Origin: Candidatus Methylomirabilia bacterium
GTDB taxonomy: Bacteria > Methylomirabilota > Methylomirabilia > Rokubacteriales > CSP1-6
Reading direction: 5' to 3'
DNA length: 38,493 nucleotides
Assembly: GCA_046758965.1 (NCBI GenBank)
Contig: JBHIBG010000019.1
Location: 1 to 38,493, forward strand
Shown here one piece after another: positions 17,806-26,162 of the stretch; position 1 is the stretch's first letter; every line of letters begins with the position of its first letter. The translations under genes and the position numbers were made by a program. Below the pieces are notes generated by a model that saw only the letters and a program-made list of their open reading frames with translations, ran no database searches and was not told the DNA's origin.

Positions 17806-18693
17806 GTGGCGGTCCTCGTCCAAACCGCGTTCCCCAATGTCCCGCTCTTCCGCCGCGGCAAAGTCCGTGACGTCTACGCTGTGGACGCTGACACGCTTCT
17901 TATCGTCGCCACCGATCGCATCTCCGCCTTCGACGTCGTGCTCCCGAACCCCATCCCGGAGAAAGGCCGGGTCCTCACCGGCCTCACCCTCTTCTGGCTC
18001 GACCTGATCCGCGATCTCGTCGCGAACCATCTGCTGACGGCCGATATCAGCGAATACCCCGCGACCCTACAGAAGCACGCGGATCAGCTCGAAGGGCGGT
18101 CGATGCTGGTGCGGCGCTCGGAGGTCGTGCCGTTTGAATGCGTGGTTCGCGGCTACCTGGCGGGCTCCGGGTGGAAGGAGTACCAGAAGACCGGAGCCGT
18201 CTGCGGGATTCCGCTCCCGCCGGGCCTTCAGGAATCCGACAAGCTGCCGGAGCCGATTTTCACCCCGGCCACCAAGGCCGACGAAGGGCACGACCTGAAC
18301 GTGTCGGAGGCCGAGATGGCCCGAGGGGTGGGGACGGAGCTGACGGCGACGCTGAAGCGGCTGAGCCTGGAGATCTACACCCGGGCCGCCGACTACGCGG
18401 CCGGCCGCGGCATCATCATCGCCGACACCAAGTTCGAGTTCGGACGCGTGGATAGCCGGGTCATCCTGGTGGACGAGGTGCTGACTCCGGACTCCTCCCG
18501 CTTCTGGCCGGCTGCGGAGTACGTCCCGGGGACGTCCCCTCCATCCTTCGACAAGCAGTACGTGCGCGACCATTTGGAGGCGCTCCCCTGGAGCAAACAG
18601 CCCCCCGCTCCGGAGCTCCCGCCCGACGTGATCCGCCGCACCACCGAGAAGTATCTGGAGGCCTACCGCCTCCTCACCGGCAGATCCCTCTGA
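17806..18693 (+). CDS. purC: SAICAR synthetase
   Basis: RGKVRDVY, TDRISAFD, ECVVRGYLAGSGW, ADTKFEFG, DEVLTPDSSRFW, SFDKQYVRD. Confidence 0.96.
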   Translation: MAVLVQTAFPNVPLFRRGKVRDVYAVDADTLLIVATDRISAFDVVLPNPIPEKGRVLTGLTLFWLDLIRDLVANHLLTADISEYPATLQKHADQLEGRSMLVRRSEVVPFECVVRGYLAGSGWKEYQKTGAVCGIPLPPGLQESDKLPEPIFTPATKADEGHDLNVSEAEMARGVGTELTATLKRLSLEIYTRAADYAAGRGIIIADTKFEFGRVDSRVILVDEVLTPDSSRFWPAAEYVPGTSPPSFDKQYVRDHLEALPWSKQPPAPELPPDVIRRTTEKYLEAYRLLTGRSL

Positions 18694-18748
18694 CCGCGGT
18701 GACATCGCGCGAGCAGTGAGCGCACTCAAGAGTCAGGAGCAGAGAGAG

Positions 18749-20074
18749 ATGGGGGAGCACACGCCGAGGCAGGGGAAGCGCTATCCCAACGTGATCGACC
18801 CGCTCCTGGGCTACGCCCCTGGAACGATCCTGACCGATGACCTGGCCGACTATCGAAGCGTCCTGGCAGCGGAGCAGGTCCTCCTGGACCGGTACAGGAA
18901 GGAAGGCCTCGACGGGGTGAAGAACGTGATGATGCTCGTGGATAACTGCAGCCTTCCGGAGTACTTTCACGGTGCCGCCTACCAGGAACGCTACCTGGCC
19001 AGCGCGCTCTCCGAGGAACGGCTTCAGGGCGTGATCAAAGCTCACCTGGGGGGCGACGACAGCTTCCGCGCCTTCGCCTTCAACCGGACCACCGCGGCGA
19101 ACCTGACGGTGGTGCTCGCTCTGGCCCGGCCGGGGACGGCCGTCCCGTACGTGGTGCCGAGATACCCGAAGGCGGGCTTCAAGGGGCACGGTCACCCCTC
19201 GATCCCGCGGGCTGTGGAGCTGGCCCGCGCTGACTGCCCCGTCGTCGTGAGCCTCGAGGAGCTCCAGGCCGTGGTCGACCGGTCGGCGGTGTCGCTCATC
19301 GCGGTCTGCCCCTCCTATCGGGGAGTCATCGCGGAGGAGATCACCCGCGGGGCCTGCGAGCTGGGGCGGTCACGGGGAATCCCGGTCTTCGTGGACGACG
19401 CCTCGGGCGCCCGCATCCGCACCATCGGGGAGCGGCAGGCGCGCGCCATCGACCTGGGCGCCGATGTCGTGGTCACCAGCTGCGAGAAGTACGGGCTCAA
19501 CGGCCCGCGCGCGGCGGTGGTGGTCGCCCGGAATGAGCTGATCGAGCGGATCGGAGCCAAGGCTGCGGTCCTTGGGACCGAAGCCAGACCCTCCGTCCTC
19601 GCGGCGATCGTTCGCTGCCTGGAGGAGTTCACGCCCGAGCGGGGCGCGGCCATCTACCGGGAGTGGGAGGAGCGCCACCGACTGCTCTTCGAGGCGATGC
19701 GCAAGGTCTTGGGCGACCGCGTCTCCTGGAAGCCGTACGGCGGGGTCTGGCTGCTCCCGGAAGACATTCTGGAGATCGCCATGGAGCGCGCGGGGATCGA
19801 GGAGAGTGAGTTCGCCCCGGTGGACGCCAGCACCGCACTGGCGATGATCCTGCTCAGGACCCACGGCTATATGACGATCCCGGCGCTCCACTACCCCGGC
19901 GCCTCCAAGTCACTCACGATCCACCTGGCCCAGCCCGCGGCGCAGCGTCTCGGTACCGAGGAGATCGTGAACGCTCTGGACGAGGCCTTGACCACGCTCT
20001 CCACGCTCCTGACGAGCCGCGACAAGATGGAAGCGCTCCTCTTCGGCCCGCCCCACGAGCCGATTCGGGCGTAG
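18749..20074 (+). CDS. PLP-dependent fold-type I enzyme, MJ0158/UPF0425-like (SelA-related)
   Basis: AFNRTTAA, HPSI, VFVDDASGAR, LGADVVVTSCEKYGLNGPRA (PLP Lys), C-terminal TIPALHYPGASK; AGGAG RBS 9 nt before ATG 18749. Confidence 0.72.
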   Translation: MGEHTPRQGKRYPNVIDPLLGYAPGTILTDDLADYRSVLAAEQVLLDRYRKEGLDGVKNVMMLVDNCSLPEYFHGAAYQERYLASALSEERLQGVIKAHLGGDDSFRAFAFNRTTAANLTVVLALARPGTAVPYVVPRYPKAGFKGHGHPSIPRAVELARADCPVVVSLEELQAVVDRSAVSLIAVCPSYRGVIAEEITRGACELGRSRGIPVFVDDASGARIRTIGERQARAIDLGADVVVTSCEKYGLNGPRAAVVVARNELIERIGAKAAVLGTEARPSVLAAIVRCLEEFTPERGAAIYREWEERHRLLFEAMRKVLGDRVSWKPYGGVWLLPEDILEIAMERAGIEESEFAPVDASTALAMILLRTHGYMTIPALHYPGASKSLTIHLAQPAAQRLGTEEIVNALDEALTTLSTLLTSRDKMEALLFGPPHEPIRA

Positions 20075-20092
20075 CGCCCTCTTAAGGCACCG

Positions 20093-22198
20093 GTGTACCG
20101 GGCCGGAATCGACATCGGCGGCACCTTCACCGACTTGGTCTTTCTGACCGAGGACGGGCAGGTTGTGGCCGGGAAGGTCCTTTCCACTCCCGACGACTAC
20201 AGCCGGGGGATCGTGACCGGCCTCCGCGCCCTCTTCACCCGGAGGGAATTGCGCGGCAGTCACGTCACTGAGGTGATCCACGGGACCACCATCGCCACCA
20301 ACGCGATCCTCGAGCGGAAGATAGCCAAGACCGGTCTTATCACGACCTCCGGGTTCCGAGATATGCTGGAGATCCGTCGGCTCCGGATGCCGACTCTCTA
20401 CGACCTGTTCTGGGAGAAGCCCGAGCCCCTCGTCCCCCGCCGCCGCCGGCTCGAGGTGGAGGAACGCATCACCCATCGAGGTGAAATCCTCCGCCCGCTC
20501 GACCCGGAGCAGGCGCAGAAGGTGATCGACGACCTCCTCGCTCACGGCGTGGAAGCCGTCGCGGTGTGCCTGCTGAACGCCTACGCCAATCCCCTCCACG
20601 AGGAGTGCCTGGGCGCCCTGCTTCACAAGGGCGCTCCCGGGGTATCGATCTGCCTCTCCTCCGAGATCCTGCCTGAGATCCGGGAGTACGAGCGGACCAG
20701 CACCACGGTGGTCAACGCCTCCATCATGCCGGTGGTGAGCCGCTACCTGAGCTCGCTCACGAGCGCCTTGCACGAGCTGGAGATCAACGTCCCGCTCCTC
20801 ATCATGCAGTCGAACGGCGGTGCCATGCGGGCCCGGGCAGCCGCGGAGCGCCCGATTCAGATCATCGAGTCCGGGCCGGCAGCCGGAGTCGTCGGGGCCC
20901 TCGAGGTGGCCAGGAAGATCGGCATCCCTGACCTCATCACCTTCGACATGGGCGGTACAACAGCCAAGACCTCGATGATCGAGGGCGGTGAGGTGACCCG
21001 GGTCTCAGAGTACGAGGTCGGAGCCGGGATCACCCTGGAGGGTCGGCTCCTCAAGGGCGGGGGGTACCACGTGCGGATCCCCGCCATTGACATCGCCGAG
21101 GTGGGCGCTGGCGGAGGGAGCCTCGTCTGGCTGGACAAGGGCGGGGCGCTCCGGGTCGGGCCGGAGAGCGCCGGCGCCGCTCCCGGTCCGGTCTGCTACG
21201 ACCTGGGAGGCATCCACCCCACGGTCACCGACGCCAACCTCGTGCTCGGATTGATCAACCCGCATTACCTGGTGGGGGGGGCGCTCGCGCTCAATGCCGA
21301 AAAGGCCAGGGCGGTGATCCGAGAGAAGATCGCCCAGCCGCTCGGCTTGGGCCTAGAGGTGGCCGCCCACGGCATCCACCTCCTGGCGAACGCCGCCATG
21401 GCGAGGGCCGTCCGGGCCGTGTCCAGCGCGCGCGGGCGGGACCCGCGGCAGTTTGCCCTCATGGCCTACGGCGGCAACGGACCTGTTCACGCCGCAACCC
21501 TGGCCCGATCCCTCGAGATCCCGGGCGTGATCGTGCCCCCGATCCCCGGCCTGTTCAGCGCCCTGGGCCTCCTCTGCCCGGACGTGGAGCACCATTACGT
21601 CAGGACCTGCAAGCGGAGCCTGGAAGCGGCAGATCCCGAGGAGGTGGAGGGACTCTTCCGGGCCCTCGAGGCGGAGGGAGAGGCGGAGCTGGCGGCCGAA
21701 GGATATGGGCCGGAGGCGCTCCGGTTCGCGCGACTCCTCGACCTGCGCTACGCGGGGGAGAGCTCGGAGTTGACCATCCCGGCCCCGGATGGCGCCGTCT
21801 CGCCGGGCTGGTGGACGGTGCTGGCTGAGCGCTTCAGCGCCGAACACGAACGCACCTACGGGTACCGGTCGGAGCGAGAGCCGGTGGAGCTGCTGAACCT
21901 CCGCGTGATCGCCCGCGGCGTGCCCGCCACGCCGCGGGCGCCCCATCGGCTCCGGCTCGAGGCTACTGGAGCGCATCGTCCCGATCACGCCGGCAGCCGC
22001 CAGGTCTTCTTCGGCTCGGCGCACGGGTGGATCGAGACTCCCATCAGGCACCGGCAGGAGCTGGTGGGCGAGGACACTCCAGGGCCGCTGATCATTGAGG
22101 AGTACGACAGCACGACGGTCGTCCCTCCCGGCTGTCGGGTCTCGCTGGACGACTGGGGCAATCTCATCATCGTCGTGGGTCCCGGACTCACGTCCTGA
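20093..22198 (+). CDS. Hydantoinase/5-oxoprolinase subunit A, copy 1
   Basis: GIDIGGTFTD, HGTTIATNA, EYERTSTT, ESGPAAG, DMGGTT, GAGGGS, SAGAAPGP. Confidence 0.93.
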   Translation: MYRAGIDIGGTFTDLVFLTEDGQVVAGKVLSTPDDYSRGIVTGLRALFTRRELRGSHVTEVIHGTTIATNAILERKIAKTGLITTSGFRDMLEIRRLRMPTLYDLFWEKPEPLVPRRRRLEVEERITHRGEILRPLDPEQAQKVIDDLLAHGVEAVAVCLLNAYANPLHEECLGALLHKGAPGVSICLSSEILPEIREYERTSTTVVNASIMPVVSRYLSSLTSALHELEINVPLLIMQSNGGAMRARAAAERPIQIIESGPAAGVVGALEVARKIGIPDLITFDMGGTTAKTSMIEGGEVTRVSEYEVGAGITLEGRLLKGGGYHVRIPAIDIAEVGAGGGSLVWLDKGGALRVGPESAGAAPGPVCYDLGGIHPTVTDANLVLGLINPHYLVGGALALNAEKARAVIREKIAQPLGLGLEVAAHGIHLLANAAMARAVRAVSSARGRDPRQFALMAYGGNGPVHAATLARSLEIPGVIVPPIPGLFSALGLLCPDVEHHYVRTCKRSLEAADPEEVEGLFRALEAEGEAELAAEGYGPEALRFARLLDLRYAGESSELTIPAPDGAVSPGWWTVLAERFSAEHERTYGYRSEREPVELLNLRVIARGVPATPRAPHRLRLEATGAHRPDHAGSRQVFFGSAHGWIETPIRHRQELVGEDTPGPLIIEEYDSTTVVPPGCRVSLDDWGNLIIVVGPGLTS

Positions 22199-22208
22199 GG
22201 CCGACACC

Positions 22209-24098
22209 ATGTCGAGAGACTCGCGTGAGGACAGTGTCGCTCCGAGCCCGGGCTTTGCCCGGGCAAACTTCGGGGGGAGGTTCGAAAGGGGGGCGACGCC
22301 CCCCTCCGAGGTGAAGAGAGGCCGGGACCCGATCACCGTCGAGCTGATCAAGAACGCGCTCGAGTCCGTCGCTGACGAGATGGCCGTCACCGTGATCAGG
22401 ACCGCCCGGTCGTTCGTCCTGAGGGAGGCCATGGACTTCTCCACGGCCCTCTTTACCGCCCAGGGGGAGATGATCGCTCAGGGGACCTGCCTCCCGCTCC
22501 ACCTCGGGAGCATGCCCGAGGCGCTCAGAGCCGTACTTCGCTACTACGAGGGGGCGATGGCCCCGGGGGACATCTACGTGCTCAACGACCCCTACGACGG
22601 CGGAAGCCACCTCCCCGACATCATCGCTGTGAAGCCGATCTTCGCCGGCGAGCGCCTGGCGGGGTACTCAGCCGTCCTGGGCCACCAGACCGACATCGGC
22701 GGCCGCGTCGCCGGCGGGAATGCCTGCGACTCCACCGAGATCTATCAGGAAGGGCTCCGGATCCCGCCGCTCAAGCTCTACGATCAGGGGCGACAGAGGG
22801 AGGAGATCTTCCGCCTGATCGAGCGAAACGTGCGCGTGCCTGACAAGGTCCTGGGCGACGTCCGGGCCCTCCTGGCGGCCTGCGCCATCGGGGAGCGCGA
22901 GTTCCTGAGGCTCGTGGGCCGCTACGGGCTCGCCGAGCTGGAGGGATACTGCGCCGAGCTCCTGGATTACACGGAGCAGTTCACGCGGGCGGAGATCGCC
23001 TCGCTCCCCGATGGGGAGTATGCCTTCACCGATTACATCGACGACGACGGCATCGACCCGACGCCGATCCGCTTCCAGGTCGCCGTGACGGTCCAGGGAG
23101 ATTCCTTGACGTGCGACTTCAGCGGGACCTCGCCCCAGGTCAAGGGCGCGATCAACTCGGTCCTGGCCTTCACCTCCTCCACCGTCCTCGCCTGCGTGCG
23201 GGCGATCCTGGACCGCACGATTCCCAACAACGCCGGCTTCTTTCGCCCCATCACTGTCCTCGCCCCGGAGCGAAGTATCGTGAACCCTCGTCCGCCGGCG
23301 GCGGTGGCCGCCCGGGGGCTCACGGCCATGCGCATCGCCGACACGGTCTTCGGAGCCCTGGCCCAGCTCGCGCCCGACAGGGTGCCCGCGTGCGGAGTCG
23401 GCGTGGACTCGGGGATCAGCCTGGGAGGCTACTACCCCGACGGAAAGCCGTTCGTCTTCCTCGAGTTCCTTGTCGGCTCTTGGGGAGGCGGCCCCTGGCG
23501 TGACGGGATGGACGCCTGCACCGGCATCCCGATCAACTACTCCAACACGCCGGCGGAGATGGTCGAAGCCGAGCAGCCGATCGCGGTGGAGCGCTACGGC
23601 TTCGTGCCGGACAGCGGAGGCCCCGGTCGGTTCCGCGGCGGGCTGGCCCTGGTGCGTGATCTTCGCTTCCTGGGCAGCGAGGCGACCCTCCAAGTAAGAT
23701 CCGACCGCCGGAAGTTCAGGCCGTACGGCCTCGAGGGCGGCAAGCCCGGGACGGCCTCACTCAACGTGCTGAACCCGGACGGTGAGCCGCAGGTCCTCCC
23801 CTCCAAGTTCCTCCGCACGATCAAAGAGGGCGACCTCTTCCGGCTACTCCTAGCCGGCGGCGGCGGATACGGTAATCCGCTCGAACGGGACCCGACCCTG
23901 GTCCTGAAAGACCTCATCGAGGAGAAGATCACGGCGGCCCATGCCAGGGAGGAGTACGGCGTGGCCGTCACGGGCAATCCTCCCGAAGTGGACCGGGACG
24001 AGACCAAACGGCTGCGGGAGTCGCTTTCATCTGCCCCTCACCTTAATCCTCTCCCCGCCCCGGGGAGAGGAAAGAAGGAGAGGGGAATTCGGACATAA
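22209..24098 (+). CDS. Hydantoinase/5-oxoprolinase subunit B, copy 1
   Basis: DPITVE, DFSTA, HLGSM, NDPYDGGSHLPD, HQTDIGG, EGLRIPP, DSGGPGRFRGG, GGGGYGNP; GAGG 8 nt before ATG 22209. Confidence 0.92.
   Translation: MSRDSREDSVAPSPGFARANFGGRFERGATPPSEVKRGRDPITVELIKNALESVADEMAVTVIRTARSFVLREAMDFSTALFTAQGEMIAQGTCLPLHLGSMPEALRAVLRYYEGAMAPGDIYVLNDPYDGGSHLPDIIAVKPIFAGERLAGYSAVLGHQTDIGGRVAGGNACDSTEIYQEGLRIPPLKLYDQGRQREEIFRLIERNVRVPDKVLGDVRALLAACAIGEREFLRLVGRYGLAELEGYCAELLDYTEQFTRAEIASLPDGEYAFTDYIDDDGIDPTPIRFQVAVTVQGDSLTCDFSGTSPQVKGAINSVLAFTSSTVLACVRAILDRTIPNNAGFFRPITVLAPERSIVNPRPPAAVAARGLTAMRIADTVFGALAQLAPDRVPACGVGVDSGISLGGYYPDGKPFVFLEFLVGSWGGGPWRDGMDACTGIPINYSNTPAEMVEAEQPIAVERYGFVPDSGGPGRFRGGLALVRDLRFLGSEATLQVRSDRRKFRPYGLEGGKPGTASLNVLNPDGEPQVLPSKFLRTIKEGDLFRLLLAGGGGYGNPLERDPTLVLKDLIEEKITAAHAREEYGVAVTGNPPEVDRDETKRLRESLSSAPHLNPLPAPGRGKKERGIRT
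22240..22310. repeat. Palindromic element, copy 2, within the 5' end of hydantoinase B
   Basis: CTCCGAG direct repeats at both ends; stems GCCCGGGC/GCCCGGGC and GGGGGGC/GCCCCCC; same architecture as 10971-11095. Confidence 0.75.
24034..24085. repeat. REP-like hairpin (CCCCTCACC...CCTCTCCCC/GGGGAGAGG type) in the 3' end of hydantoinase B
   Basis: Perfect 10-bp stem CCTCTCCCCG (24048-24057) / CGGGGAGAGG (24061-24070), with outer CCCCTC/GAGGGG. Confidence 0.65.
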
Positions 24099-24101
24099 CC
24101 G

Positions 24102-26162
24102 ATGGCCTACCGAATCGGCGTGGACGTGGGAGGGACGTTTACCGACCTGGTGGCCCTGGCCGAAGACGGGTCAAAGCTGAGCCTCCTCAAGGTGCCGTCG
24201 ACCCCCGATGACCCCTCCCGAGGGCTCTTCGAAGGGCTCGACTCCCTCCTGGCTCTTCGGGCGATCGCTCCGTCCGAAGTCAGCTACCTGGGTCACGGGA
24301 CCACGGTCTGCCTCAACGCGATCCTTGAGCGCAAGGGGGTGAAGACCGGGCTCGTGACCACCCGGGGAATGCGGGACCTCCTGGAGCTCCGCCGCCAGAC
24401 CCGGGACCATCTCTACGACCTCCAGGCCGACAAGCCCGAACCGTTGATCCCGCGGCCGCTCCGACTGGAGGTGCCCGAGCGCACGCTTTTCGACGGCTCC
24501 ATCCTGGAGCCGCTGGACCTCGAGGCCGCGGCGCGCGCGCTCGACGAGCTGGCAGAGCAGGGAATCCGGGCGTTGGCGATCTGCTTCCTCCACTCATACG
24601 CGAACCCCGCTCACGAAGCGGAGGTGAAAGCGCTTGCCGCGAAGAAGCATCCGGAGCTCTCCCTCTCGGTCTCTTCAGAGGTGCTCCCCGAGTTCAGGGA
24701 GTTCGAGCGGCTCTCCACGACGGTGGTGAACGCGTACGTAGGGCCCCTCATGACCCATTACCTGGCCCGGGTCGAAGCCGTGGTGGAGCGGCTCAGACTC
24801 CCGGCCCGTCCTCACATCCTTCAGTCCAACGGAGGGGTGGTCGCCCTCACCCACGCGCGGGAGCGCCCGGTCTTCACCATCGCCTCAGGGCCGAGCGCCG
24901 GGGTGGCGGGGGCGGCCTTCGTTGCACGAGAAGCCGGGTTCGACCGGATTATCAGCTTCGACATGGGCGGGACAAGCACTGATATCTGTCTGGTGGAGCG
25001 GGGAACGCCGCTCACGGCCTCGGAGAAGCGGTACCACGGCCACCCCGTGAAGGGCTCCATGCTGGATCTCCACTCCATCGGAGCGGGTGGGGGGAGCATC
25101 GCCTGGGTGGACGCGGGCGGGTTCCTCCGGGTTGGACCCCAGAGCGCCGGGGCCGCTCCCGGGCCCGCCTGCTATGGTCAGGGCGGGCCCGGGCCGACGG
25201 TGACCGACGCCAACCTGGTTCTCGGTCGCCTGAACCCCGACGGCTTCCTCGGCGGGAAGATCCGCCTCGATCCTCATCTGGCGGAAGCGGCGATCGGGGA
25301 AGGGCTCTGCCGGTACCTGAGCATGGACATCCACCGCGCCGCTGCAGCACTCCTCACGGTGGTCAATGCCAACATGGCGAGCGCCATCCGCCTCTGCTCG
25401 GTGGCGCGCGGCTACGACCCACGAGCGTTCACCCTGGTGGCATACGGCGGAGCCGGGCCGATGCACGCCAGCGCCGTGGCCCGCCAGCTCGGGATTCCCC
25501 GTGTCCTGGTGCCGGCCAATCCCGGAGTCCTCTCGGCCCTCGGCCTGGTGCTGGCCGACGTCAAAACCGAATGCTCCCGAACCCGCATCCGGAAGACCGA
25601 GACGGCGGATCCGGAGGAGCTGGAGGCGATCTACCGGGAGCTGGAGACCGAGGCCCGGCAGTGGGCGAGACGGGGAGGTTTTCGCGAAGAGGCAGTTCGG
25701 CTCTCTCGGTCAGCCGACATGCGCTATGTCAGGCAGAACTACGAACTGGGCGTCCCCGTCCCCGCCCGGATCGGGCCGGCTCAGGTCGAGCAGGTGATCC
25801 GGAACTTTCACCGCGTGCACCGCCGGGTCTATGGCTATGCCTCCCCTGACGCGCCCACTGAGCTCGTGTCCGCCCGGGTGATGGCCCGGATCCCCGTGGC
25901 GAAGCCGGCACTGTCAGTCCGCCCTGGCGGACACGGGACGGTCCCCGATTCCGTGAAGGGCGAGCGCCGGGTCTTCTTCGACGAGCAAGGGTTCGTCCCC
26001 TGCCTGATCTACGAGCGCGCGAAGCTCCCTCCCGAGGTGCCGATCCTGGGGCCGGCGATCCTCGAGCAGCTCGACTGCACCGCGGTGATGTGCCCGGACG
26101 AGGTGGCCAGCATCGATCTATACGGCAACCTGCTCATCGAGCTTCCCGCGAGGCCAGTGTGA
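24102..26162 (+). CDS. Hydantoinase/5-oxoprolinase subunit A, copy 2
   Basis: GVDVGGTFTD, HGTT, EFERLSTT, SGPSAG, DMGGTSTD, GAGGGS. Confidence 0.93.
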   Translation: MAYRIGVDVGGTFTDLVALAEDGSKLSLLKVPSTPDDPSRGLFEGLDSLLALRAIAPSEVSYLGHGTTVCLNAILERKGVKTGLVTTRGMRDLLELRRQTRDHLYDLQADKPEPLIPRPLRLEVPERTLFDGSILEPLDLEAAARALDELAEQGIRALAICFLHSYANPAHEAEVKALAAKKHPELSLSVSSEVLPEFREFERLSTTVVNAYVGPLMTHYLARVEAVVERLRLPARPHILQSNGGVVALTHARERPVFTIASGPSAGVAGAAFVAREAGFDRIISFDMGGTSTDICLVERGTPLTASEKRYHGHPVKGSMLDLHSIGAGGGSIAWVDAGGFLRVGPQSAGAAPGPACYGQGGPGPTVTDANLVLGRLNPDGFLGGKIRLDPHLAEAAIGEGLCRYLSMDIHRAAAALLTVVNANMASAIRLCSVARGYDPRAFTLVAYGGAGPMHASAVARQLGIPRVLVPANPGVLSALGLVLADVKTECSRTRIRKTETADPEELEAIYRELETEARQWARRGGFREEAVRLSRSADMRYVRQNYELGVPVPARIGPAQVEQVIRNFHRVHRRVYGYASPDAPTELVSARVMARIPVAKPALSVRPGGHGTVPDSVKGERRVFFDEQGFVPCLIYERAKLPPEVPILGPAILEQLDCTAVMCPDEVASIDLYGNLLIELPARPV

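Noticed and set aside
18749..20074. Calling this gene selA because a selenoprotein is nearby
   Set aside because: It lacks the canonical SelA motifs (INATG, SGDKLLGGPQ), and no selB or selC is adjacent.
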